NCBI GenBank assembly: GCA_950097015.1
Contig: CATNEN010000025.1
Span: 8,432,001-8,496,000, forward strand
DNA: 64,000 bases
Direction: 5' to 3'
Source: Macrostomum hystrix
Lineage: Eukaryota > Animalia > Platyhelminthes
Each line of letters opens with the position of its first letter. The first letter of the stretch is position 1. Made by a program: the position numbers and the translations under genes. The notes under the pieces are model-generated. The model made no database searches. It had not been told where the DNA came from and saw only the letters and a program-made list of their open reading frames with translations. Below are positions 36,601-47,804 of this stretch, one piece after another.

Positions 36601-38663
36601 ATTTTACATTTCTGAACAAAAAACTTCTACTTAAATCACTGCCTTCCTGCAGATGCTGGCCGCTCAGAAACTTGCAGATGTCTTATCTCTCTACTGTCTC
36701 ATCTCTCTACTGTCTCATCTCTCTACTGTCTCATCTCTCTGCTGTCTCATCTCTACTGTCTCATCTCTCTACTGTCTCATCTCTCTACTGTCTCATCTCT
36801 CTACTGTCTTATCTCTCTGCTGTCTCATCTCTCTACTGTCTCATCTCTCTACTGTCTCATCTCTCTACTGTCTCATCTCTCTACTGTCTTATCTCTCTAC
36901 TGTCTCATCTCTCTACTGTCTCAACTCTCTACTGTCTCATCTCACTACTGTCTCATCTCTCTATTGTCTCATCTCTCTACTGTCTCATCTCTCTACTGTC
37001 TCATCTCTCTACTGTCTCATCTCTCTACTGTCTCATCTCTCTACTGTCTCATCTCTCTACTGTCTCATCTCTCTACTGTCTCATCTCTCTACTGTCTCAT
37101 CTCTCTACTGTCTCATCTCTCTACTGTCTTATCTCTCTACTGTCTCATCTCTCTACTGTCTCATCTCTCTGCTGTCTCATCTCTCTACTGTCTCATCTCA
37201 CTACTGTCTCATCTCTCTACTGTCTCTTCTCTCTACTGTCTCATCTCTCTACTGTCTTATCTCTCTGCTGTCTCATCTCTCTGCTGTCTCATCTCTCTAC
37301 TGTCTCATCTCTCTGCTGTCTCATCTCTCTACTGTCTCATCTCTCTACTGTCTTATCTCTCTGCTGTCTCATCTCTCTGCTGTCTCATCTCTCTACTGTC
37401 TCATCTCTCTACTGTCTTATCTCTCTACTGTCTCATCTCTCTACTGTCTTATCTCTTTGCTGTCTCATCTCTCTACTGTCTCATCTCTCTACTGTCTCAT
37501 CTCTCTACTGTCTCATCTCACTACTGTCTCATCTCTCTATTGTCTCATCTCTCTACTGTCTCATCTCTCTACTGTCTCATCTCACTACTGTCTCATCTCT
37601 CTACTGTCTCATCTCTCTACTGTCTCATCTCTCTACTGTCTTATCTCTCTGCTGTCTTATCTCTCTGCTGTCTTATCTCTCTGCTGTCTTATCAATATAC
37701 TGTCTCATCTCTCTACTGTCTAATCTCTCTAGTGTCTCATCCCTCTACTGTCTAATCTCTCTACTGTCTCATCTCTCTACTGTCTAATCTCTCTAGTGTC
37801 TCATCCCTCTACTGTCTCATCTCTCTACTGTCTCATCTCTCTATTGTCTCATCTCTCTACTGTCTCATCTCTCTATTGTCTCATCTCTCTACTGTCTCAT
37901 CTCTCTACTGTCTCATCTCTCTATTGTCTCATCTCTCTACTGTCTCATCTCTCTACTGTCTCATCTCTCTACTGTCTCATCTCTCTACTGTCTCATCTCT
38001 CTACTGTCTCATCTCTCTACTGTCTCATCTCTCTACTGTCTCATCTCTCTACTGTCTCATCTCTCTACTGTCTCATCTCTCTACTGTCTCATCTCTCTAC
38101 TGTCTAATCTCTCTAGTGTCTCATCCCTCTACTGTCTCATCTCTCTACTGTCTCATCTCTCTATTGTCTCATCTCTCTACTGTCTCATCTCTCTACTGTC
38201 TCATCTCTCTACTGTCTCATCTCTCTACTGTCTCATCTCTCTGCTGTCTTATCTCTCTGCTGTCTCATCTCTCTGCTGTCTTATCTCTCTACTGTCTTAT
38301 CTCTCTGCTGTCTTATCTCTCTGCTGTCTTATCTCTCTGCTGTCTTATCAATATACTGTCTCATCTCTCTACTGTCTAATCTCTCTAGTGTCTCATCCCT
38401 CTACTGTCTAATCTCTCTACTGTCTCTTCTCTCTACTGTCTAATCTCTCTAGTGTCTCATCTCTCTACTGTCTAATTATAAGCTTCCCGACACCTGTTTT
38501 ATACGTTCAACAGAATATTATTACTGACATATTCTACAGAATGCATTATATTTACCTCATCCGAGTTGTCATGATAACCATAGTAAACAAATCCACCGCA
38601 GCCGCCAAAATTCTGACCAATCGAAAACGGCGGCAGCGGTGAAGGAGGAGCCGGATAGGTCAT
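30633..38663 (-). CDS. LHX2/9: LIM-homeobox protein, Lhx2/9 (apterous) class, about 373 aa; exons 38663-38556, 34403-34189, 34098-33740, 31072-30633
   Basis: Homeodomain [57 protein letters not shown] is diagnostic for Lhx2/9. LIM1 is CAACQKVI...[11 protein letters not shown]...C..DYF and LIM2 is CYACG...[19 protein letters not shown]...LCYLH. Junction phases 0/2/1 are consistent and the total is 1122 nt. Exon 1 ([12 protein letters not shown]...DNSDE|gtaaat) is less certain. Confidence 0.92.
31385..31980. repeat. Minisatellite, 33-bp unit TTAGATTCTTAGAAATCACTGATTCATGACTTC
   Basis: Direct tandem copies in Lhx2/9 intron 3. Confidence 0.95.
32510..32880 (-). mobile_element. SINE family B, near full length with an (ATT)n tail, in Lhx2/9 intron 3
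   Basis: Reverse complement reads GGGGTGAGTGGCAGAGCGGTTAACGCGTTTGCCTCTCGCACCGAGGTCCCTGAGCTCGATTCC...TTTACGCCCTTGAGGGCCAACC...GTGCTCAGGAGTCAGCGAAATGAGCAGAATTGC...(ATT)9. Confidence 0.8.
32881..33162. repeat. (GATG)n microsatellite
   Basis: Near-perfect tetranucleotide tract. Confidence 0.97.
34518..36028. repeat. Minisatellite, 21-bp unit CTTCCCTACCTGTCTTTCAGC, about 70 copies
   Basis: Direct tandem copies in Lhx2/9 intron 1. Confidence 0.97.
36678..38475. repeat. Minisatellite, 16-bp unit TCTCTCTACTGTCTCA, about 110 copies
   Basis: Direct tandem copies in Lhx2/9 intron 1. Confidence 0.97.
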
Positions 38664-38769
38664 TTAATGCGGCCAGCTGATAGTTATTGATAACAACTAT
38701 TTGCTCGTAGTTGACGTGTTAAGTCCGTTAAATAGAAACTAATTGAAATGAGACAGCTTAGGAAGGGGG

Positions 38770-38830
38770 CGCAGGACGCCATTGGCTGGGCCACTAAGGT
38801 CGGATTGTTTCCTATTGGATGGTCGATAAA
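38770..38830 (-). promoter_or_regulatory. Candidate Lhx2/9 proximal promoter with two CCAAT boxes
   Basis: ATTGG on the + strand (CCAAT on the - strand) near 38782 and 38814, in a GC-richer patch 110-160 nt upstream of the proposed ATG. Confidence 0.3.
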
Positions 38831-38904
38831 AGCGATTTTAGTGTGATTCCACAGCTGTTCAAATACCTTTTTGGCCAATAAAGTATGACAGACAGGAATG
38901 GAAG

Positions 38905-39368
38905 ACTGAAAGACAGGTAGAAAAGTCTGAAAGACAGGTAGGGAAGGCTGAAGGACAGGTAGAAAAGGCTGAAGGACAGGTAGAAAAGGCTGAAAGACAG
39001 GTAGAAAAGGCTGAAAGACAGTTAGAAAAGGCTGAAGGACAGGTAGAAAAGTCTGAAAGACAGGTAGAAAAGTCTGAAAGACAGGTAGGGAAGGCTGAAA
39101 GACAGGTAGGGAAGGCTGAAAGACAGGTAGGGAAGGCTGAAAGACAGGTAGGGAAGGCTGAAAGACAGGTAGGGAAGGCTGAAAGACAGGTAGGGGAGGC
39201 TGAAAGACAGGTAGGGAATGCTGAAAGACAGGTAGAAAAGGCTGAAGGACAGGTAGAAAAGGCTGAAAGACAGGTAGAAAAGGCTGAAGGACAGGTAGAA
39301 AAGGCTGAAGGACAGGTAGAAAAGGCTGAAGGACAGGTAGAAAAGGCTGAAAGACAGGTAGAAAAGGC
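38905..39368. repeat. Minisatellite, 21-bp unit GAAAGACAGGTAG(GG/AA)AAGGCT, the reverse complement of the 34518 array
   Basis: Direct tandem copies, inverted relative to 34518-36028. Confidence 0.96.
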
Positions 39369-40129
39369 TGTTCTGATATTTTTACGCATAAGTAGCTCGC
39401 AGTAACAGTAAATCAAATAAGACAAGCATGAAAAATAACCGTGTAATATTGCGATTAGTATCAAGTTTTGATAAAAAGTAGATATTCCGTTTCCATGACA
39501 ACATGGAATTGCTAGGATAAGATTGGTAAGTTTTTCTGTTTAATGAATTAAACAATGATATTTATATTATGTTACATTTCAATAGTGTAACAAGAGAACA
39601 CACTTCAGCAGCATGTCAACATTGTTCAAGGCATGTTTTTGTTAACAAAATTGAAGTCAAGAAATAAGTTTGTTTGTTTCTTTCGCCAAACATAAAACAA
39701 CATTGATTGATATGAATATCATAATTGATTAGTGACAGAAATATAAATAAAACACGGGGAATTGTCTTAAGCAAAGTTGGAAGCAAAAGATTTGATAGAA
39801 AGTTATAAAAGTTTTTATAAAGTTTACGCTGTGTGCATATATATTTATTTACGCCAGCGAAACTCTACTACCAGTAGAAATATTGAGATATGACGATAGG
39901 AAAATATTCAATTCGATTTTAATAGATAGTCCAAGGCAATGCGGAAATTATTTAAACAATTTATTAACACGTTTATGGCGCACGAGAAGACATGTTAATT
40001 TAATCCATTCGCACATCAATTTACATACCTGGTAGATCTGAAATAAACAATAAGAATATCGAGCATCTCTGTGTCTAGTTTGGTATTAGTACAAATTATT
40101 GACAAATCTTACTTTGCCAGGCGTCTGAA

Positions 40130-40880
40130 GGTGTGAGAAAAGGGAAAGAGGAAGTGGGAGAATAAGAGGAATGGGGAATGGGGGAAAAAGGAAGAGGGAA
40201 TGGGGGATAAGAGGAAGAGGGAATGGGGGATAAGAGAAAGAGGGAATGGGGGATAAGAGGAAGAGGAGATGGGGGATAAGAGGAAGAGGAGATGGGGGAT
40301 AAAAGAAATAGGGAATGGGGGATAAGAGAAAGAGGGAATGGGGGATAAGAGGAAGAGGAGATGGGGGATAAGAGGAAGAGGAGATGGGGGATAAAAGAAA
40401 GAGGGAATGGGGGATAAGAGAAAGAGGGAATGGGGGATAAGAGAAAGAGGAGATGGGGGATAAGAGGAAGAGGAGATGGGGGATAAGAGAAAGAGGAGAT
40501 GGGGGATAAGAGGAAGAGGAGATGGGGGATAAGAGAAAGAGGGAGACGGGGGATAAGAGGAAGAGGGAATGGAGGATAAGAGGAAGAGGGAATGGGGGAT
40601 AAGAGGAAGAGGGAATGGGGGATAAGAGGAAGAGGGAATGGGGGATAAGAGGTTGAGGGAATGGAGGATAAGAGGAAGGGGGAATGGGGAATAAGAGGAA
40701 GAGGGAATGGGGGATAAGAGAAAGAGGGAATGGGGGATAAGAGGAAGAGGAGATGGGGGATAAGAGGAAGAGGGAATGGGGAATAAGAGGAAGAGGAGAT
40801 GGGGGATAAGAGGAAGACGGAATGGGGGATAAGAGGAAGAGGGAATGGGGGATAAGAGGAAGAGGAGATGGGGGATAAGG
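40130..40880. repeat. Purine-rich minisatellite, 23-bp unit AATGGGGGATAAGAGGAAGAGGG
   Basis: Direct tandem copies. Confidence 0.95.
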
Positions 40881-41151
40881 GTTATAGAAAGTGGGACAAT
40901 GATACATTATCAAAGAAGAACATGATAAAAAATTAGTTAAGAAATCAGAATACACAATGACAGGACCAATTTTGAGTAAAATATAAAATCTCCTACTGCT
41001 CTGTTGAAACAAAAAAAATTAATAACTAAATAACAAAAAATGCTACACTAGCCCTATATATATGCAGTATAGCCCTAAAATATCTGTATTTCTTTCAAAT
41101 AATAAATTACCACTTTAATCTGTAGAACATGTCACCAATAAAAAATGAGCA

Positions 41152-43849
41152 TTATTCGCAAGTGAACAGCCATAGCTCCAGTTCTTGCAGCACAAAGTCT
41201 TCGGCCAAGCCAGTTAGTACAGGACTAGCGAATGTTTCGCATGGCTGACTGCGGCCTCTGTACAGTCCCGAGTCCAGCCAGATGGCGCCGGATCCAACAG
41301 TGAAATAATCTACCGCGCCGCGCTCGAAAAACGAATTGTCCCCAGTCCAGCCGTAGTGATAGAAGTCGTTAGTTAGCGGATTGTGAACATCGTCGTCGAC
41401 GTCCGTATCCGATTCCTCGTCGGACGAAGCGGCCGCTGCGGCAGCCGCGGTGGCAGCCGTCACCATGTCGACGCCCAGATCATTTTGAACATCTTTGGCG
41501 GCTGTGGCAGGTCGCAGCTGACTAACAGGATTGGACCAGCGGAAAACGAACGTCTCGCCGGTGCCATAGAAGTGATCAGACATCCGCGGTGGCGCGGACA
41601 GGAAGGCGCCGAATAGGCGATTGTTAGTGTCGGCCAGCAACAGCAGGCAGTAGGCGTCTGGATCGGCGTTTGAATGACAGGCCCGATAGGCCGACTGGAG
41701 GGAGAAGCCGTGCCGGCTGGCTCTGTACAGCAGGCGCAGATCGGCGCCCTCAGCTCGAGGCGGCAGTCGGCGAACTAGGTGACGCAGGCGGCGGGCGTTG
41801 AGGAGGCGGGATTCGCCGCCAAGCAGTCGGGGCAGCGGCAGCCTATCGGCTGGCACGGCGCCCGGATCCGAGCTAACAAGCCGCCAGCCAGCCGTCACTG
41901 ACGACGCCGGAGCTTCAACAAAAGCCGGCGCTTGATTGTCGACGGCGGAGGGCCGATTGACGTCGGACGCATCGGCGCCATCTGGCCTGCTGTCACAGTT
42001 GCCGGATGCAGATGGAGCCGACAGTGAGCGGATGAAGTCGCGAAGCAGTTCGGCTACGCTGGCCTCGACGCGAAAGCGCAGAGAAGTCTGCCGACTGGCC
42101 GACGTCTGGCGGCGACGCCGGCGACTAGTTCGATGATGTGGCGAATGAGGCGACGATGGCGCGGCGACTGGCACCACCTTGTTTGATTTTTTTGTTGTGG
42201 ATAATGTGACATTTACATGGGAATGTGTGTATGGAGGCCTGAAGTTACAGGGGAATGTGTGTATGGAGGCCTGAAGTTACAGGGGAATGTGTGTATGGAG
42301 GCCTGAAGTTACAGGGGAATGTGTGTATGGAGGCCTGAAGTTACAGGGGAATGTGTGTATGGAGGCCTGAAGTTACAGGGGAATGTGTGTATGGAGGCCT
42401 GAAGTTACAAGGGAATGTGTGTATGGAGGCCTGAAGTTACAGGGGAATGTGTGTATGGAGGCCTGAAGTTACAGGGGAATGTGTGTATGGAGGCCTGAAG
42501 TTACAAGAGAATGTGTGTATGGAAGCCTGAAGTTACAGGGGAATGTGTGTATGGAGGCCTGAAGTTACAGGGGAATGTGTGTATGGAGGCCTGAAGTTAC
42601 TGTGGGGAAAATGAGGCTTGTATACCTTGAGATCGACCTCCAGCCAAACGGGTCCCGGTCCCTGGGGCCACACAGCTCCGATGGAGAGCAGGTCGGCCAG
42701 CTCGTGGGTCAGGCAGAACTGCTCGGCACCCGATGCAACCACCAAAGGGTCGTCCATTGCGGGGTCGAACAGCAGAGTCTCAGGCGTCACTAGCAACACG
42801 CCGGACACCACTGGAGGATCTGGGGGATCGCTAACGCCACTAGATTGCTCAACAATGTCCGTCATTTTTTCGCCCTCCTGCTGTTGTTGCGTTGTCATTG
42901 ACAACGACTTTGTTGCTAGGCCGGCGCGAGCTTTAACAAATTGACGCTCGCTGGGATCTTCGACCCGTTCAACGTGACCAGGCGCCGGAGCGGACGGACA
43001 GCCGAGATCTTCGTCGGCTACAGCGGCCAAGGCTTCGGCAGCCGCAGCGACAGCGTCGGGGTCGGGCAATAGCAGGCGAGTGCCAGGGAGCAGGTCGCGA
43101 GTTGGCAAGCGATTTAATCGGCGCAGCTCCGACGGTGTGCTGCGATATCGCGCCGCCAGGCCCTCCAAAGTGTCGCCTGGTTGCACCTGCGGGAATGCAT
43201 GCGACAGGTTTCTGCAGTTTCTGTGTGGGCGAGAGCAAAACTATTAGGCCAGCTATATTGAGGTAGATAAATAGAATTTGTACCTAACAGTAGAGGGTGA
43301 GTGGCAGAGCGGTCTAAGGCATTTGTCTCTCACACCTGAGCTTGATTGAGCCAGAATCTCTGAGCTTGATTCTGTGGCGACACTACATTTATTTGGAGCC
43401 CAGCTGCAGAGAAAAGGCTTGGAGGCTTGTTGTGTAATTTACGCCCTCGAGGGCTAACCTTCAAGTCATAGTAAAACATGCTCACCTGTGTGAGCATGTG
43501 CCTGCATACAGTATCTGTGCTCAAGAGTCAGCAAAATAGGCAGAATTGCTATTTTGCCTATCTGTGGACAGGGGAGGTAGCCAAATATACCCTTATTTCT
43601 ACCCTTAGCTGATAATTACCTATCACAGCCATTGCATCTTTAACTTAAGCAATTAAAGCAATAGTTTAAGCAAAAAAATTTAAATCATAAAAGAGTGACC
43701 ACTTTGTTATCTTAGAATTTTCTTTTTAAAGCAACAAAATAGCTGGCAAACATTGAAAACTCACCTCATGTACAATAGTTGGCAACTTTTTCAATTCTAG
43801 TGAAGCTGAATTACTCTTCTTCATTCTGTTTGCATTTGCTTTTTGTGAC
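41152..43849 (-). CDS. OXR1: Oxidation resistance 1 / NCOA7-like protein (LysM, GRAM-like, TLDc); exons 43849-43765, 43186-42626, 42177-41152
   Basis: LysM is IVHE|VQPGDTLEGLAARYRSTPSELRRLNRL. The GRAM-like segment is VSGVLLVTPETLLFDP. TLDc is LLYRASRHGFSLQSAYR...FGAFLS...HFYGTGETFVF...GAIWLD...SQPCETFASPVL...ELELW. Phase-0 junctions are consistent. The start is either the ATG at 43824 or a further upstream exon. Confidence 0.9.
42219..42602. repeat. Minisatellite, 33-bp unit GGGGAATGTGTGTATGGAGGCCTGAAGTTACAG, fills an OXR1 intron
   Basis: About 11 tandem copies. Confidence 0.96.
43293..43560 (+). mobile_element. SINE family B copy in an OXR1 intron
   Basis: GAGGGTGAGTGGCAGAGCGGTCTAAGGCATTTGTCTCTCACACC...TTTACGCCCTCGAGGGCTAACC...GTGCTCAAGAGTCAGCAAAATAGGCAGAATTGC matches the 32510 copy. 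Confidence 0.8.
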
Positions 43850-45708
43850 CTAAATGAACAGATTAGCTTCTGAAAAAATAAATTTCTTTTTTAATATGGA
43901 AAAATAAAAAAGATAATTGATATAGATCCACTGTTCCATTTCAAAGTAACTTGTAATTATAGCTAACTAACTATACAACAAAGAAGTCTTTTTCTTTGGC
44001 TTTGTGTATGTAATCATTAGCTAGCAAGTATGGAATGGTAGATAAACCAATGATTAAATTCTAGCTATTATTATAGTAAAATTTTAGACAAGCACTTTAA
44101 AAGCATGCTTTTATATCAAATACATATGCAAGTCCATATCCATATCCAAATCCATATGCAAGGATCAGAAATAGCTTATTTTGTGTATTAGACTACAAAT
44201 AAATTAATTAAAAATTCATGATTAACTGAGTAGTAAGGCCTGCTTACTAGCAATAGCTATATTTTACTAATCATTCATATTTGTACATTTTTGCTTAAAC
44301 CAATTTGCTAGCTAACCATTAAAAATGGTGAGAAAAAATATATACTTCAAAATTTTAACTACATCGATTTTTTTAAAAACCAATTCCTTATTTCTAATTG
44401 TATAATCTACGCTTCTGCTATGAGATAATAATTTTTCCTTTTAATACAGCCTATGATTTGATTTTTCTGCTAAATTTAGACCAAGGAAGAGTAATAAATA
44501 TATGTGCTAACTAAATGGGAGTACTTAACTCATTTTTAGGCACAAGAAACAAACAATAGCAAAAAATATTTACATAACTTAAACATAAATTTTTATTCAC
44601 CACCGAAGTCAGTGCTACTTTCGGTTTTCAGTCAATGCAGCAAGCAGCTCTGCTCGTAAGTCCTTCCCAATTCTTGGAAAGCGCGATATTATAATTACTT
44701 ACGTTACTAAGCTTTACGGAGTTACATCATTTTTTGTAAAGAACCGTAATATTATTTTTTTAAACATTATAACCATTCTCTTTTTTAAAAGGAAGAGTAC
44801 AGTAATTAACTATATTGTTAACAGGCATCGAAGATCAGCAGTAACAATGCTGGTATCGAGATGCAGACTGATCTAGCATATATCTAGCGAAGCTGGACAA
44901 AGAAGAAAGAATAATATAATCGTATATAGATCCGCCTTTCTTCATATTTTTATTCAGAAAAACCTTTCAGGTTGATACGTCTTAATAAGCATGAGAAAAG
45001 ATCTTTCGATATTTTTCCAGTATAAGCAAGCACTGCTCGAATAATATAACATCTATATCGATATATTGTAGGAAATGTTCATAATTTATTATATTTGGAG
45101 GAAATTTAGTAGAATAGCTAAAATCCAATTTCGTCGAAAATACAAAAAAATGTATCCGTCCATTTTATGCTTTAGTAACAGCCACCCATACAGTTTTGTA
45201 AACAATATAAAAACGAATTTCCATAAGTTGTGACTAGTCATACTACTCTATGCTACCACTTTTATATGATTAAATGGCTCTCACTTTTGTAAGCAATTAG
45301 TCAAGTGGAGCAAAAAGGCCAGATCCTTTAGAAGTGAGTTCCTCACTTGTTACGAGCGTATATGCACTCTAAAATATTAATTAGGAGGCCAACAAAGACG
45401 ATTCCTGTGCTTCTTAATTTGGTGCAGAATTAGAACAATAGAACTAATTTATTATTTCCCAACAAGTTCACGTACTTCCGTCTCTTTGTCGTGCAATAAC
45501 ATATCCTCTTAAGTGTCTGTCAATATAATCAATCACTGTATGCGAGTGCTACCCTGACACCAACAAATGAGAACTTGTGAAGGTATAGGACTAATTAATG
45601 TTATCGTTTTCGGGCCTCAAGCGAATAATGCAATGAAAATTCGGGTATAAATAGGCCGTGCAGTTAGGAGTTCGCTCGCAGCTTTTTAGAATTCCTGACT
45701 CATCTGCC

Positions 45709-47534
45709 ATGATTCGAATCCGCCCCTTTAAAGTCAGTCTAAAACCGCCTGCCAACAGCAGTCGGGGCACCAGCATCGCCGATCACGTCAGCGAGAGCCA
45801 GTGGCCGCTGCTGATTCGCTGCCTACTACAAGACGACGACGGGGCGCTGAAAAACTTCTCCAGCAGCCGGCCAGACACTTGGCTTGACTTCCTGACCAGC
45901 TGCGACCATAGCGGCCGTCTGCGCTACTGCCCGCCAGAGTTCGACGGGAGGTCGAATAGTGCAAACCACAGCTCCAGCATCATCCACACCATCAGCCGAA
46001 TGCACCACCACCCGACTAACCCGTTCCTCATTGCGGTCATGTTCAATGCGAGGCGCTGCTGCGAGTTCATGAAAACATCGGCGCCAACGCTGGACCTGGC
46101 CGATGTCGAAGAGTTCGGCTTCAACGCTTATCACGTGCTCTTCCTGGGTCTGAAAATACTCGAGCAGGACTCAGAAACAGGACTGTCAATCAGCAGTAAG
46201 TTTGTCTACATTCGATTCTTTCTCAAAGAATTCTTCAGCATGGAACAGGTTGATCGAATGTCGCGCCGAAGTAACGGTCTGGGATTGCAGCCGCTAGGCT
46301 GGGGGGTATACTCCGGCCAGCTGAAAGTTGTCGAGAAGCTGATGTACCGCAATCACAGTCTCGGTGTCGTAGCTCACGTTGCCGGCACTATGGAGCACGT
46401 TAAGATTGATCTATCAGACTCCGTCTGTCCGGGACCGGAGAGATTCTTGACGCCGCTATCAGTCATGGCCGACGTATCCGAGACGCAACTGGACGCTCTG
46501 CGCACAATGGGAATATTCCGCCAGCCTCTGGTGATCGCTGCCTGGATTGACGCCATGTTCGCCCGCAACCGCTGGCTGTTGGTGGCCAACATTGTCGAGC
46601 GCATTGTTCACCTGTTTCTGACGCTGTCCTTCTTTGACTACACGGTTAGCGACCACCTGGTCGCGGTCTGCACAAACGCTGGCGACTCAAACCTGCCGAT
46701 AGGCTTCATGGTAACCATTGGCTACAGTCTGACAGTCTGCATTTGGCAGTTGACGGTCTCGGGCATTGGGGCAGCGCGCAAGTTCCGTTACCGGCGTAAA
46801 GTCGGCGCTGGTACCTGCCTTACATGCTGTGCGGTCTCCTGTCGCTAGCTATGCTGCTGCTGCTGCTGACACCTGGTTCGGTTTGCAATCAATTAGGATT
46901 GGACAAGCTGCGACCTCTCCTAGGCTGCCTGATGCTGGCTCACGCCCTCTTCAGCGTCCTCTTCATCCTGCTGCTCAGTCGCTTCATACCGGGCGTTTCC
47001 AGATTCACAAACAGCTTCTATAACAGCTTCACAATGTTTGGCAACTTTCTAATCTTCTATGTCCTGCTGATCGTTCTGTTTGCCCGCCTGTTCCAAGCCT
47101 CTGGCAGATTTCAGCAGCTGCAGTTGAAACAGAACTCCAGCCAGCAGCAGCAGCAGCAGCCGGTGTTCATGGAGTCATTTTACTGGGCCTTTCTTCTGAC
47201 GCTGAATGTCGTGGACACTGGCACATTCGCGCCTACGGTGGACCGTTTGGACCTGCTAGTGACACTCTTCGTGTTTATCATACTGGTGCCCATTGTGTTC
47301 ATCAATTTTGTCACTGGAGTCCTGTCCAGCGTTGTTAGCCACAGCATGGAGGGTGACGTTGAGTTCAGCTACATGCTCAAGCTCACTTTCGCTGAGCACA
47401 TGGAGACCACTTATTACTGGCTCTACCAGATTGTTGACAGGATATTTCGTAGAAAGTCGCGCCTTGTCATCGCTCTCTGCCTGCCTCTAAGGCTAAATGG
47501 CAAGTCCATGCAAGAGCTGTCTGGAAATCTGTAA
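45709..47534 (+). CDS. Divergent TRPV-like cation channel (degenerate ankyrin repeats plus 6 TM), reading frame broken near 46795-46850
   Basis: Ankyrin-like DVEEFGFNAYHVL and SNGLGLQPLGWG..GQLKVVEKL. Several hydrophobic helices. Pore-like ESFYWAFLLTLNVVD resembles TRPV5/6 FELFLTIID, and S6-like ILVPIVFINFVTGVLS follows. The two ORFs (45658-46848 and 46824-47534) overlap in different frames. Confidence 0.62.
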
Positions 47535-47804
47535 CTTATCGATCGATTGATTGATCTGAAATCTGAAATATCCGCGCCCATTGTTCTACTTGAAGTAGTA
47601 TCTAGAACTTAAAATTCAGTGACGTCTTCAAACATGTTTTTTTGCCTAAAAATAAAATAAAAATACGGTTGTTGAAAACCTATTTGTAGCCCTACGTCAG
47701 GACACTAGACTTTTTTTCTTCAGACAGAAATTTGAGGCACAAATTATCCGCATGACTAGGAATTAAAAGCAGCAGACTTTTTTAAAGAGTGGCAGAGATG
47801 GATC

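Noticed and set aside
36653-38379. Cys/Leu/Ser-rich ORFs of up to 371 aa
   Set aside because: 16-bp minisatellite, antisense to Lhx2/9 intron 1.
46790-46810. Programmed -1 ribosomal frameshift in the TRPV-like gene
   Set aside because: No X XXY YYZ slippery heptamer is visible. An indel or small intron is a simpler explanation.
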